Source of the DNA: Cyanobacteriota bacterium
Lineage (GTDB): Bacteria > Cyanobacteriota > Cyanobacteriia > Cyanobacteriales > Nostocaceae
Length of the DNA: 64,000 bases
Assembly (NCBI GenBank): GCA_046045965.1
Contig: JBJOKS010000006.1
Coordinates: forward strand, 1-64,000
Reading direction: 5' to 3'
Numbering within the stretch: the first letter of the stretch is position 1; each line of letters opens with the position of its first letter. Positions 10,618 through 21,652 of the stretch are shown one piece after another. The notes under the pieces are model-generated. The model ran no database searches. It had not been told where the DNA came from and saw only the letters and a list, made by a program, of their open reading frames with translations. The translations under genes were made by a program, and so were the position numbers.

Positions 10618-11757
10618 ATGCGAATTTTACGAATCGCTGATATCCCTAAGAATCGAACAGGTGGTATGTCCCGTGCAATTTACAGCACGGGAGATATATT
10701 AATTGAGATGGGGCATCAAGTTGAATATTTAGTTAAAGACAACTTGCAGACAATCGGTTCTGATTCTCTACGGCGACGATTTACTGTACCACTGCTCATA
10801 CCCAGCCTAGTTCGTCAGCTAATTGAGAAAGGCAAACAATATGATGTGGTCGAAATTCATGAAGAATTGGCAGCTCCTTACTGTTTCATGCGCCAAATCA
10901 GGAAGGATCTCCCACCTGTAGTCATCTTCTCACACGGACTTCAAGAACGGCATCAATTAGCTGAACTAGCCTATAGAAAGCAAAAAAGTCTCCCAATATC
11001 CCTATCCCTTCGCTACTTGCAGATTACAGTTTTACAGTCCATGTATGGTGTGCGCCATTGTAATCATGTGATTGTTCTCAATTCAGAAGATACTGCTTAT
11101 CTGCAACAAGTTGGCGTGCCTGAAAATCGGATTACCCAAGGTCAGAACGGCGTTGAGCCAGAATTTCTCTTAGCAGGCCAAACAGCAGCAGAATCAGGTT
11201 TGTCTCGTTCTGGTATCTTGTTTGTGGGATCTTGGATATTAAGGAAGGGAATATTAGATATAGTTCCTGCGGTGAGTCAGGTGATGGAGCGTTATCCATC
11301 CCTTAAGTTTACCATTGCTGGCTGTAGTTTTGATGAGGAAACTGTTTTAGCAGATTTTCCTGAAGAAATTCGTTCCAGAATCCAGGTAATCCCCAGTGTA
11401 TCAACCAATGAAGAACTAATAGAGATTTACCGTCAGCATTCAATATTGCTATTGCCTTCCTATTTTGAAGGTCAACCTTTGACAATGCTGGAAGCTGCTG
11501 CTATGGGACTGGCAATTGTCACGACTAATATTTGTGGCATGACTGATTTTATTGAAGATGGGATTGATGGACTCACAGTACCAGTAGGTGATGTTGAGGA
11601 ACTTGCCCAAAGTTTGGATAAGCTAGTTAGCAATCAAATACTGGCTCGCTCTCTTGGCGAAGTAGCTCGGCAAAAAGTACAAGCCTACACATGGGAAAGT
11701 GCAGCAAAGAAGATGGCTCTTGCCTATGAGCAAGCTATAAAATCCGATTGCAAATAA
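10618..11757 (+). CDS. Glycosyltransferase family 4
   Basis: RKG, PSYFEGQPLTMLEAAAMGL, YTWE. Confidence 0.9.
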   Translation: MRILRIADIPKNRTGGMSRAIYSTGDILIEMGHQVEYLVKDNLQTIGSDSLRRRFTVPLLIPSLVRQLIEKGKQYDVVEIHEELAAPYCFMRQIRKDLPPVVIFSHGLQERHQLAELAYRKQKSLPISLSLRYLQITVLQSMYGVRHCNHVIVLNSEDTAYLQQVGVPENRITQGQNGVEPEFLLAGQTAAESGLSRSGILFVGSWILRKGILDIVPAVSQVMERYPSLKFTIAGCSFDEETVLADFPEEIRSRIQVIPSVSTNEELIEIYRQHSILLLPSYFEGQPLTMLEAAAMGLAIVTTNICGMTDFIEDGIDGLTVPVGDVEELAQSLDKLVSNQILARSLGEVARQKVQAYTWESAAKKMALAYEQAIKSDCK

Positions 11758-11792
11758 GTTTGGTTAAAAAATTACCCCTAGAGGAAATAGCA

Positions 11793-12653
11793 ATGAGTAA
11801 AAATTTATTCGATTTCATGGAACCCCAACGCTGGAATTCACCTGTAGTCAGATATTGGTGGTATCGCAAAGAATATCAGGTCATTAATTTAATTAATCGC
11901 CATCTTAATCTATTTTTAAATCAAATCAACATAAGTTCAACATCTCCTCTTTTTGTAGATATTGGATGTGGCAAAGGAACAGATTTATTTCTATACCATC
12001 ATTACTTTGAGAAAAATATTCCGGGATGGCATTTTGTCGGTGTAGAAGGAGATCCCAGTAGCATAGATAGTTTTATAGGTAATCAGAAATACTTTGGAGC
12101 TAATAACGTAGATATAATTCCTGGTAACCTTGCTAAACCTCTACCTTTTAAAACCAATGAAGTAGACCTACTATACTGCTCAGAAGTTATTGAACATCTT
12201 GAAAATCCAGAATTTATACTGGATGAAATTAAACGAGTTTTAAAACCAAATGGTTATTTGATTCTAACTACACCCAATGAACCTAACATCTTTCAGCGTT
12301 CATATTGGCTGCCTAAACATCGTGAAAAAATAAAGACAGCCATTCAACAAAATATAGATAGTAGCAGCCCTTTCACTGTAAATGTAAATGGTGAAGAAGT
12401 GACCCTACATGGACATATATCAGTTAGGACAATTAAAGAATGGGAAACTACTTTACATAAGATGGGCTTTAAAACCATTGATTACGGACGCGGAAGTGCA
12501 TTATATGGACACAATCCTATTTTTGATAATTCGTGGATTTTAGCTGCTTTCTTCCTATTAGAAGCATTGCTAGATACTTTTCCGCGACGGTTATCACGTA
12601 ATTTATCTAGTCAACTCATCGGCCTATATAGTTTGGAAGATCAATCTGAGTAA
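11793..12653 (+). CDS. Class I SAM-dependent methyltransferase
   Basis: VDIGCGKG, CSEVIEHLENP, RVLKPNG, TTPN; ATG 11793 follows a GAGGA RBS (ORF track starts at TTG 11748). Confidence 0.85.
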   Translation: MSKNLFDFMEPQRWNSPVVRYWWYRKEYQVINLINRHLNLFLNQINISSTSPLFVDIGCGKGTDLFLYHHYFEKNIPGWHFVGVEGDPSSIDSFIGNQKYFGANNVDIIPGNLAKPLPFKTNEVDLLYCSEVIEHLENPEFILDEIKRVLKPNGYLILTTPNEPNIFQRSYWLPKHREKIKTAIQQNIDSSSPFTVNVNGEEVTLHGHISVRTIKEWETTLHKMGFKTIDYGRGSALYGHNPIFDNSWILAAFFLLEALLDTFPRRLSRNLSSQLIGLYSLEDQSE

Positions 12654-12678
12654 TAAGCTGTTCCGTTTTGCAACAAAA

Positions 12679-13329
12679 ATGACTAATATCTTGTTAATCC
12701 TAGCTGTTATTATGCCCCAGCCATTAAAATTATTTGTTTATCGGCGGATAATGGGTTGGAAAATCGGCAAACAGGTGAGGATCGGTTTTAGTTATATTGA
12801 ATCTGATGAAGTTATCTTGGGTGACAATGTTCTGATCAGGCACTTCAATGTCATCCGGTCACTGAAGCATTTTCAAGTGGGAAGTGATTCCTATATCGCC
12901 AATTTTAATGAGTTTTTCGGTAACAACAGTCCGGGTACACAATGGGTTCGTGAACTGACTTTGGGAGAAAAAGTTCTGTTTATGAGCCACCATTTTATTG
13001 ATGTTGCTGGAACTGTAACTATTGGTAGCCATACGACAGTTGCAGGACGCGACACACACTTTTGGAGTCACAGCATGACCTATCCTGACGGTGTGCCAGT
13101 TCTTGCTCCGATGGATGTTCATGTTGGCAAAGGAGTTTATATCGGAGCAAGATCGACTTTGTTGGGGTGTAATATTCCAGACGGAGCGGTAGTTGGAGCA
13201 GGAAGCATAGTAAATAAAACCTTCGCACCCGAAACTAGTCGTCTATTGATTGCTGGAAACCCGGCCACAATAAAAAAGCGATACGATAGTTTACCGGTGG
13301 CTGATGCGTCTGTCCATCCCTATGATTAG
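12679..13329 (+). CDS. Hexapeptide-repeat acyltransferase
   Basis: Left-handed beta-helix repeats, VVGAGSIV, AGNPA. Confidence 0.82.
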   Translation: MTNILLILAVIMPQPLKLFVYRRIMGWKIGKQVRIGFSYIESDEVILGDNVLIRHFNVIRSLKHFQVGSDSYIANFNEFFGNNSPGTQWVRELTLGEKVLFMSHHFIDVAGTVTIGSHTTVAGRDTHFWSHSMTYPDGVPVLAPMDVHVGKGVYIGARSTLLGCNIPDGAVVGAGSIVNKTFAPETSRLLIAGNPATIKKRYDSLPVADASVHPYD

Positions 13330-13344
13330 TCCTAACTCTATTTA

Positions 13345-13580
<236 letters not shown>

Positions 13581-13583
13581 TAT

Positions 13584-14129
13584 TTATTGTCTAGTCTTTA
13601 TTACTTTAGCAGGATTACCTGCAACAACAGTATATGGCTCCACATCCTTAGTAACAACAGCCATAGCTCCAATGACTGCTCCATCACCAATTTTCACTCC
13701 TGGCAAAATGCACGCACCTGCACCAATCCAACAGTCCTCACCAATGGTAATGCCTTTTTTTGTCATGTCCATATATTGCTCTTGAATAGTTTTATCTTTG
13801 GCAATATAGGCGTGATTAATGCCAATTAATTTCACATATTGAGCAATAATGGTACTTTTTCCAATAGTGACTTCACATTCTGCCGCTATAATACTACTAA
13901 AATCTCCTATATACACTTCGTGTCCAATTTTCACATGGCAATTGTTATTGGCGTGTATGAGTACATATCGACCCAGGTCTATTCGATCCTCAAAAGTGAT
14001 AGAACTAGATGGACCAGTTATTAATTTAGCAGTGAGAGGAATTCCTACATTGAGATGCTTAAATTTAATATTATTTTTAGAAAAAATTTTAAACCGGGCA
14101 AAACGATAGAGGTGTCCTGGTAAACTCAT
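13584..14129 (-). CDS. Hexapeptide-repeat O-acyltransferase
   Basis: IGEDCWIGAGACILPGVKIGDGAVIGAMAVVTKDV, AGNPAK. Confidence 0.9.
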   Translation of the reverse strand: MSLPGHLYRFARFKIFSKNNIKFKHLNVGIPLTAKLITGPSSSITFEDRIDLGRYVLIHANNNCHVKIGHEVYIGDFSSIIAAECEVTIGKSTIIAQYVKLIGINHAYIAKDKTIQEQYMDMTKKGITIGEDCWIGAGACILPGVKIGDGAVIGAMAVVTKDVEPYTVVAGNPAKVIKTRQ

Positions 14130-14192
14130 TTGACTACACTCCTGAGAAAGAACAGAAATTTAAAAGACATGAAGATATTCACACCGACTTAC

Positions 14193-15332
14193 TTATCTAT
14201 TAGCTTCTATTGCAGCCAAGATATTTTTCGCCATGTCATCCCAAGTATAGGAGCGCAACTCTTCAGAAAAGGAACTTAGCAGCTTACTGTAGTGCTGTAT
14301 ACCATCCCGCCATCTGCTAAGTCTTGCTGCCAAATCTGCCGCATCTTCACAGTCAGGAAGTAATAAATCACTAAGATGAGAAGGATAACGTTCCCCTACT
14401 CCCGCATCAGCACTAACTAAAGCCGGTAAACCACAACACAAAGCTTCATGTACACCCAAACCATAGGCTTCATAACGCGTGGGAGCGACCAAGCAATCAG
14501 CCGCTCTTAACAAATTGGGTACATCAGAACGAAAACCTAAAAAATGAATATTGGAAATACCCGCATCAGCAGCGCGACTTTGCCACAGAGGTAATTCTGC
14601 ACCAACACCAACTACCACTAATTCAGCATCCCAGTTAGAAGATTGACATAAATGTTGCCAAGCTGTAAATAGGGTATCAAAACCTTTACGGCGATCGCCC
14701 AAAGCACCAATAAATACTACAATTGGTTTATCTATCGACCATCCTAACTGCTGACGTAGTGAGGCTTTTGCTTCTGGTGTAGCTGGATAAAAAACTTGCG
14801 GATCAATACCATAGTAAATTGTACGTAATTTTTGTTCAGGAATTGCTAATTTCTCAATCAAATCTTGTTTAGTACGGTTGGAATTGACAATAATTAGCCG
14901 CGCAGATTGTAATGCTTGTTTTTCTGCTGCTAAAAATATTTGGTGAGCAATTTCCCCTTTCCAACGATACAACAACCCAGCTTGATTCTCAGCTTGATAA
15001 GCTGCATGAACGTAATGTACCCAGTTCACATCCGGCCATTGACAATTACCACCATTAACCACCACCCGAGCACCATCTCTAGTCAGGCGCTGTGCTAAAT
15101 TACGCCCCATCCGATCCAGCACAGGACTGCTGAGTAAATCAGAATTAGCTATTTTTGGTACTTGATGGAATTTAACATGGGGATATGCTAACAACTCACT
15201 GGTGACGCGATAGGCTGCTAAATATACCTGTTCACCTTCTCTAGCCAAGTAGTCAGCCAAAGCAAAATTAGCCCTATCCATACCACCAGTTTTCACAAAA
15301 TCAGCTGCTACTAATAAATAAGACTTCATCAC
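14193..15332 (-). CDS. Glycosyltransferase family 4
   Basis: GGMDRAN, RRKG, PTRYEAYGLGVHEALCCGLP. Confidence 0.9.
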   Translation of the reverse strand: MMKSYLLVAADFVKTGGMDRANFALADYLAREGEQVYLAAYRVTSELLAYPHVKFHQVPKIANSDLLSSPVLDRMGRNLAQRLTRDGARVVVNGGNCQWPDVNWVHYVHAAYQAENQAGLLYRWKGEIAHQIFLAAEKQALQSARLIIVNSNRTKQDLIEKLAIPEQKLRTIYYGIDPQVFYPATPEAKASLRQQLGWSIDKPIVVFIGALGDRRKGFDTLFTAWQHLCQSSNWDAELVVVGVGAELPLWQSRAADAGISNIHFLGFRSDVPNLLRAADCLVAPTRYEAYGLGVHEALCCGLPALVSADAGVGERYPSHLSDLLLPDCEDAADLAARLSRWRDGIQHYSKLLSSFSEELRSYTWDDMAKNILAAIEANR

Positions 15333-16693
15333 CGCACATCCAAGGGTTTTTTACCCAAAATACTACCAGCAGCTACAAACAGTGCTGTATTCAATAACCA
15401 AAATTCCATACCACCCTGACTTATAAATATAGGGTAGTTAAAAGTTAGTGCCACCACCCCAATGTCATAGGCAAAAATCAACCCACCCCACAGTGCAAAG
15501 TCTCCTAATTTACGATTAATAGCAATATTCCAGGCAGTCTGACACGCTACATAAAGCAAAGCTGTATAAGCCAATATCAATGGCACACCCCCATCCAATA
15601 ACCATCCAGTCCACTGAATTTCTACATAAATAGGTTGGGATACCCAATATGTGTTGTCGCCAAAATAGTTATTGATAATGCCCCAACGCCCCAAACCTGC
15701 GCCCAAAGGATATTTAGGCAGTAACCCGTCTACCGTACTCTGCAAAAAATATCCCCGGTTCTGTTGGTAAACTTCTTGAGGAGAACTCGCAAATAAGCTA
15801 ATTATGCGTTGTAGAGTTGACTGTCCACCGATAGCGAGCGCCCAAAAGAATGTACCTATAAACAAGCCAGTCACACTTGATATCATCGCTGTTGCACGAG
15901 CAATTTGACCTGTTTTGAGCAGGACAAATGCCAAAAACACCATAGAAATAGCAGCCAATACCAAGACAGAACGGATTTGAGTTAGGTAGATGCAAAATAA
16001 ACCAAGACCACCACTAGCTATACCCAAAATCCTCAAAATCGTTTCTTTGTGTTTTAGTGCTATTACAATACCGAATAACAGAGCATATAAACCTGAAGTT
16101 GCAGCACCACCTGGTACATCCGTTAAACCCATTGGTCTGTATACCTGTGTACCATTAGCTAAAGTGATCAACAAGTTATCTCCACCAAACTGGTTATTCT
16201 CAATCACTGTAGAAACAGCAAACACAAATTTACCTGGATAGTAAACCTGTAACACACCAACAATGGAACTCAAAGTATTAATGCCCCACATCAGAAACAT
16301 TAAACTGTCAAAACCATTGGCTGTAATTTTTAACCTTCTAACCCAAAACAAAGGACTGAGGATGGCAAGATACATCATTGTTTGACCTAATCCTGCCGTT
16401 ACCGAATTAATATAAGGATGTAGGCCGAACTGTAACAGCATAATTGCCAACACTATTATTGCTAGTCCATTTGCTGGATGTTTCTTGCTTTCTGTTGTAG
16501 GTAGCAACACCAAGAAACATAAACCAATCCCAAAAGAGGCAACTCTTATGGGTGCTCGGATTAAACCAATTCCCGGAAATAAGAGTAATATTTGCAGGGA
16601 AAACAGGATCAGGATGAAGGTGTGCGCCCTCGTCCAGTGTAGTTTTTCCCAAATAGAAGTATTTGATAGTTTCTGGCCTGTTTTTGTAATCAC
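15329..16693 (-). CDS. Polytopic membrane protein, Wzy polymerase / O-antigen ligase-like
   Basis: GTG start; about 10 hydrophobic segments with a periplasmic loop containing PLGAGLG; sits within GT operon. Confidence 0.65.
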   Translation of the reverse strand: MITKTGQKLSNTSIWEKLHWTRAHTFILILFSLQILLLFPGIGLIRAPIRVASFGIGLCFLVLLPTTESKKHPANGLAIIVLAIMLLQFGLHPYINSVTAGLGQTMMYLAILSPLFWVRRLKITANGFDSLMFLMWGINTLSSIVGVLQVYYPGKFVFAVSTVIENNQFGGDNLLITLANGTQVYRPMGLTDVPGGAATSGLYALLFGIVIALKHKETILRILGIASGGLGLFCIYLTQIRSVLVLAAISMVFLAFVLLKTGQIARATAMISSVTGLFIGTFFWALAIGGQSTLQRIISLFASSPQEVYQQNRGYFLQSTVDGLLPKYPLGAGLGRWGIINNYFGDNTYWVSQPIYVEIQWTGWLLDGGVPLILAYTALLYVACQTAWNIAINRKLGDFALWGGLIFAYDIGVVALTFNYPIFISQGGMEFWLLNTALFVAAGSILGKKPLDVR

Positions 16694-16760
16694 TGAGTCT
16701 ACCTAATAAACTGATTGCCAAATTTGTATCATCTAAAATCCAGCATGATCAATATCAATA

Positions 16761-17240
16761 TCAATTATTTACAGATTTCTCCACACTACTATTTGTAGAC
16801 ACTGCTTTTTGTATTGGTCTTGCTGGCACACCTACTACTATTTCACCTGCTGGTACGTCCTTGGTGACTACAGCACCAGCACCAATGATTGCCCCATTAC
16901 CAATGGTTAAACTTTGGTTTCCACGTCCAACTACGATTGCCCCAGTAGAAATAATTACATCATCACCAATAACAATTTTATACTCAGAACCAACAGGCAC
17001 TTGCGCGGCTAGAGTAACATTATGATATATTTCTACACGATGCCCAATTTTGACATTACAGTGAACAACAGTACCTAATCCATAATGTCGAAGTTGAATG
17101 TCTTTTTCCATTTCTACTTCTGGCGGTAGAATCGCATGAAAAACTAAAAAGTTGATTGCTTTTAATATCCGAGCAATAAAATACAGCTTTCTTTGGTATG
17201 CCTGGGAACTTAGCCACCATAGATATGATGGGTTGAACAT
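16761..17240 (-). CDS. Serine-acetyltransferase-like polysaccharide acetyltransferase
   Basis: HYGLGTVVH, IGAGAVVTKDV, VGVPAR. Confidence 0.85.
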   Translation of the reverse strand: MFNPSYLWWLSSQAYQRKLYFIARILKAINFLVFHAILPPEVEMEKDIQLRHYGLGTVVHCNVKIGHRVEIYHNVTLAAQVPVGSEYKIVIGDDVIISTGAIVVGRGNQSLTIGNGAIIGAGAVVTKDVPAGEIVVGVPARPIQKAVSTNSSVEKSVNN

Positions 17241-17308
17241 GGTTATCCTTCATTTACTTCAAATAAATAGCTAAAGCTGCTCTACGTTTTCAATTATAAT
17301 TGAGACAA

Positions 17309-18154
17309 TTATTGTTTTAACTCTAGAAGAAAGTTAGAAGCTCCATACAAACATTCTAAATCAAGTTTATATTTTTTAATTTCAAATAACCCCTGATTGA
17401 GAATTAAATAAAAATCATACAATTCGCTTAACATTTTCCAAAAATCAAATAATATAGATTTAGTTGTGATAGAAGCCGACCCTATCTCTATTTGGATAAA
17501 TTTAATTTTTCGACTCATAATCATTTCGTATGCACCTTTAAGTGCCGATAATTCAAATCCTTCAATATCTAGCTTTAAAAAAAATATTTGATTCACACCA
17601 TTTTCGTTGCAAAAATCATCTAACTTAATAGTATTAACAGTTTCATACGATAGTGAATCATTTAAATTCGGTATCATAGTTTTGAGATATCCAAGTTCAG
17701 CCAGGCTTGCCCCAGGACATCCCTCCCAAGGAAGATACAATTTAGTGTAACTATTCTCTTCAGAAATAGCCAATTTGTGAAGTTTAAGGTTCTCTAGATG
17801 TTTATTTCTTTCTGATAAATAAGAAAAACAAGCTGAAGATGGTTCAAAAATATATAAATCAAAACTAACTGCTGCATAAGAACATACTTCTTTAACCATC
17901 TGTGAATAATCACCGTAATTTCCTCCAACGTCAAAAATTACCAAAGATTCATCAGTATTTCGCTTATTCAATGCAAATTCAAACGCTATTTTTTCTCCAC
18001 TGAGATTAGGAGGTAATTGAGAAGCAGCCGTCCTATTCATTGCGTTTAAACATAGTTTATTCAAACCATAGAAAAAATTAAAGAAAAATGGTCTTGAGAA
18101 AATAAATAGAAAAAGTTTTAGTAACTTAGTTTTAAGACTGTACTCCCACTTCAT
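17309..18154 (-). CDS. FkbM-family methyltransferase
   Basis: IFDVGGNYG, FEPS, LKLDIEGFELSALKG; very AT-rich. Confidence 0.9.
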   Translation of the reverse strand: MKWEYSLKTKLLKLFLFIFSRPFFFNFFYGLNKLCLNAMNRTAASQLPPNLSGEKIAFEFALNKRNTDESLVIFDVGGNYGDYSQMVKEVCSYAAVSFDLYIFEPSSACFSYLSERNKHLENLKLHKLAISEENSYTKLYLPWEGCPGASLAELGYLKTMIPNLNDSLSYETVNTIKLDDFCNENGVNQIFFLKLDIEGFELSALKGAYEMIMSRKIKFIQIEIGSASITTKSILFDFWKMLSELYDFYLILNQGLFEIKKYKLDLECLYGASNFLLELKQ

Positions 18155-18247
18155 GCTCTACCTGCTTAACATATATTAATGAATTGATTTTGGATTAATT
18201 TGATTGCTAAGTTACTAATTTTTTAACCTTTTTGATTAAAAACTTTT

Positions 18248-18407
18248 CTAGCGAACCTTCAAGCGTAATCTAATCTTCATACCCCAAGGAAGTCTCATTT
18301 CTATAAATTCAACATTTTTAATTTGTCCAAGAGGTAGCAACCGCTGCCAAGCAACTTTTAGCTGATAAATAAAAGTATTCCGGCTTCAAAATACCAGATA
18401 AATCCAT
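18248..18407 (-). pseudogene. Frameshifted 5' remnant of a gene, probably an FkbM-type methyltransferase
   Basis: MDLSGILKPEYFY, then a duplicated TTAT, then QLKVAWQRLLPLGQIKNVEFIEMRLPWGMKIRLRLKVR*; ATG is 12 nt downstream of the preceding stop. Confidence 0.55.
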
Positions 18408-18419
18408 AGCACCAACTGG

Positions 18420-19112
18420 TTACAATTTTTTACCCACACAAAGAATATTGTCACTAAAAGCCCGACCCCGAAACCCTAGACTTTTTGGCCAGTGCCAAGG
18501 TGTAAACGGCATACGACCAGAATTAGTGTAATCTATTTTAATATCACTCAGACCACACTCCGTAAAAATTCTTATCAGGTCAATTTCTAATAAAGCTGTA
18601 ATGTGTGCTGGGTAAAGACCGGGTGCTTCTTGAAAAGCGTTAAACTGATTTTTTATAACCAAAGTCAACTTACTCAACAAACTTAACTGATTAGGTGTAG
18701 TCACAATCACCAATCCCCCTGGTTTAGCTAACCTCACCAGTTCTCGCACAAAAGCCCGTGGATTTTCTAAATGTTCAATAGTTTCCACTGCACAGACTAC
18801 ATCAGCAAAACTATCTGGTAAAGGTGCTTTACCTGTATCCAAATTCAAGGGAACAAATTCTATTTCTGCTGGTAAATCAGGATAGCGGATCACATCTACA
18901 CCGATATAGCGGTTAGAGAGATTACCCACAAATGACCACAACCTACCACTACCACAGCCCACATCTACAAGCACACCACCATCAGGATGTAGTTGTTTTA
19001 CTGTTCTAGCTACCATTTGATAAACAGGATCACTACTACCACCAAGGCTTTGTAGCGCCCGCTTTTCCACATCCATTGATACTATTGGTTTTTCCTCATC
19101 AGATGAAATCAT
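18420..19112 (-). CDS. Class I SAM-dependent methyltransferase
   Basis: VDVGCGSG, VETIEHLENP, KPGG, TTPN. Confidence 0.88.
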   Translation of the reverse strand: MISSDEEKPIVSMDVEKRALQSLGGSSDPVYQMVARTVKQLHPDGGVLVDVGCGSGRLWSFVGNLSNRYIGVDVIRYPDLPAEIEFVPLNLDTGKAPLPDSFADVVCAVETIEHLENPRAFVRELVRLAKPGGLVIVTTPNQLSLLSKLTLVIKNQFNAFQEAPGLYPAHITALLEIDLIRIFTECGLSDIKIDYTNSGRMPFTPWHWPKSLGFRGRAFSDNILCVGKKL

Positions 19113-20233
19113 GCCACCACCTTCTGTTCAACAACTTGAGAAAGTAGACTATCAAGCCGATTTAGTTGCTTTGCTGGATGACAAAGATACTCAGCCCGCG
19201 CTTTTCCTCCTGATGCTAAAGATGCTCTTTGATCAGGATCAGAAATCAGTTTCCCTAAAACCTGACTCAAAGCATCAATATCATTGGCTGCAACCAAACG
19301 CCCACAGGTATCATCAACAATTTCCATAGCTCCACCTATAGCTGTTGTTACCACGGGTAAACCCGCATAAAGGGCTTCTACAAAAGCAATACCAAAGGGT
19401 TCTGCTCCAGTATTGGGTTGACAATGAATGTCAGCAGCAGCCAACAAGCGTGGTACATCAGTTCGCTGCCCTAAAAATAGCACACGGTCGGCAATACCAA
19501 GTTCTTGTGCTTGCTGCTTTAATTCTGCTAAATATTCTGCCTCATGGGGACGTTGTACTCCCCCAGCTATCCAACATATCCAATTGGGGATGTCGCGTAA
19601 CTGTTCCAAAGCCGAAATTAACATACTTTGGCCTTTCCAACTTTCTAAACGAGATGCTTGGACAATAACCACCGCATCATCAGGTGTATTAAGTTCGGCT
19701 CTCACTGCTTGGCGATTTAAGGCGTGATTACCAATATTTGGAGACGCTACAGGTAAATATAAAGTATCGCTGTAGGTTGAATACAGTTTTGGCACAGATG
19801 CTTGGGTGAAACGACTGTTGGCAATTACTAAATCTGGTGTCACTAACTTAGCCAAACGTTCCAGGGGATGTTCACCATTAGGCACATCATGACACCAAAA
19901 GACCAATGGTAGATTGTTAGCTTTGACAACTGACCCAAAAATTGCCTGTGGCCAGCAAGAATGACAAATTACAAGATCAAATCCTTCTTGGTTTAACAGT
20001 TGCTGGAGTTGTTGTCTAGCTCTCCAGACTGTCCAAGGACGACTTATTTTTACCTTACCCAGAATATGAACATTTGCATCTAAACTTCGCAGTTCATTGG
20101 CCAATCTCCCCTCAAAGCATAAGGCAAAGTGATGTTGCATCTGTGGACATAAACTTTGCTCTTTTGCCAGTGTCACCAGCAAAGTTTCTATCCCACCAAA
20201 TAAATTTCCTGCATGAATGTGCAAAACTTTCAT
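19109..20233 (-). CDS. Glycosyltransferase family 4
   Basis: GGIE, WKGQ, EPFGIAFVEALYAGLP. Confidence 0.9.
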   Translation of the reverse strand: MKVLHIHAGNLFGGIETLLVTLAKEQSLCPQMQHHFALCFEGRLANELRSLDANVHILGKVKISRPWTVWRARQQLQQLLNQEGFDLVICHSCWPQAIFGSVVKANNLPLVFWCHDVPNGEHPLERLAKLVTPDLVIANSRFTQASVPKLYSTYSDTLYLPVASPNIGNHALNRQAVRAELNTPDDAVVIVQASRLESWKGQSMLISALEQLRDIPNWICWIAGGVQRPHEAEYLAELKQQAQELGIADRVLFLGQRTDVPRLLAAADIHCQPNTGAEPFGIAFVEALYAGLPVVTTAIGGAMEIVDDTCGRLVAANDIDALSQVLGKLISDPDQRASLASGGKARAEYLCHPAKQLNRLDSLLSQVVEQKVVA

Positions 20234-21444
20234 TACAAATCTACTGGTTTTGGTATAACTGCATAGCTGTGTTCTTGATTCAAAACTTGCTCATAGAACT
20301 CAAAACTGCGTTGCGCCATAGTTATATGGTTAAAGTACTCGGCTCGTTTGCGGCTGGTTTTAACGAGTCTGTTTCGCAGTCCAGATTCATACAGCAGTCG
20401 TTGTGAAGCTTCAGCTAAAGCCACTGGATCGTTAATTGGTACAGTCAAACCTTCTTGTTCATGCCGACTTACCCAAGGTACACCACTACAGGGAATATTG
20501 GCATTAATTACGGGACAACCACTAGCCATTGCTTCTACTTGAACTAGCCCAAAACCCTCACTACGGACATTAGAAGGAAACCAAAGACTCGTTGCAGCGT
20601 GATAAGCACCTACAAGTTCATCTTCACTTACACGACCTAACCAAACAATACGCTTATCTACTCCTAGTTTTATCGCTAGATTTTTTAGTTCTTGTTCTAG
20701 AGGACCAACACCAATAATTACCAGTGTTCCTGATACCCGACTCAGAGCTTCAATTGCTATATGGAATGCCTTGTAATAGACTAATCTACCAACCGCCAGC
20801 CAGATTGGACCTGCTGGATATTTATCATGGAGACTATGACTGAAAGCAATAGCCTTTTTGTTGGGTTGACTGTAGTTAGAAGCATCTAGACCAAGTGGCA
20901 GATAACTCAATTTATCACTGTAAAAACGTAAAAATTTTGAACCTTGAATATAAGGTAAACTGGTTGTCAAAATTTGTGAACTTTTACTGTAAACTATATG
21001 TTCAAATGGACGTAATCCATATTTCAAAAACTTTTGTTTAATAATGTCACTGTGGTGCGTAATTACTAAAGGTAAGCGATTGCGTAGCATTGTTAAAGCC
21101 ATTAGCATTGTGGGATTAGGCGTATGCAGATGCAGGAGGGTATTGGGGTCTTTAACTATCTGACATAGTTTTTTAGGAAGTTCTGGACAAACATCAAATC
21201 GAGCCAATGATAAAAGCCGACCCATCCGCGTCACACTAACATTACCATCCATTTCTTCAACGGTATGGGTTCTCTTAGATAATCTTCCTTGCTGATCAAA
21301 AGCATTCACACAAACTACATGAACTTCTGCACCTAAAGCAGCCTGAGTTTGAGCTAGAGTTTGTACGTGAGTCTCTATCCCTCCCCTGTCTGGAGGATAA
21401 TATTTAGATAAATGAATAATCCGATAATTTGGTGTTTTAGGCAT
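20233..21444 (-). CDS. Glycosyltransferase family 4
   Basis: YYPPDRGGIE, GRLVYYK, SEGFGLVQVEAMASGCP. Confidence 0.9.
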   Translation of the reverse strand: MPKTPNYRIIHLSKYYPPDRGGIETHVQTLAQTQAALGAEVHVVCVNAFDQQGRLSKRTHTVEEMDGNVSVTRMGRLLSLARFDVCPELPKKLCQIVKDPNTLLHLHTPNPTMLMALTMLRNRLPLVITHHSDIIKQKFLKYGLRPFEHIVYSKSSQILTTSLPYIQGSKFLRFYSDKLSYLPLGLDASNYSQPNKKAIAFSHSLHDKYPAGPIWLAVGRLVYYKAFHIAIEALSRVSGTLVIIGVGPLEQELKNLAIKLGVDKRIVWLGRVSEDELVGAYHAATSLWFPSNVRSEGFGLVQVEAMASGCPVINANIPCSGVPWVSRHEQEGLTVPINDPVALAEASQRLLYESGLRNRLVKTSRKRAEYFNHITMAQRSFEFYEQVLNQEHSYAVIPKPVDL

Positions 21445-21652
21445 GGTTTTTTAAGATTAAAAGCAAAACGCCTGGTTAATCAACGAAACATGATTACGAG
21501 TCACTCTAGCCAAGTCTAAATGGACTTATTTATACTTTGATAAAGTACCCATTTTTCACTCTTAAAATCACACACCCTGATAATTTGTCAATGTGAAAAG
21601 GCTATTCTGACATCCAGAGTAGCTAACCCATAATAATGAAACGAACAATACT

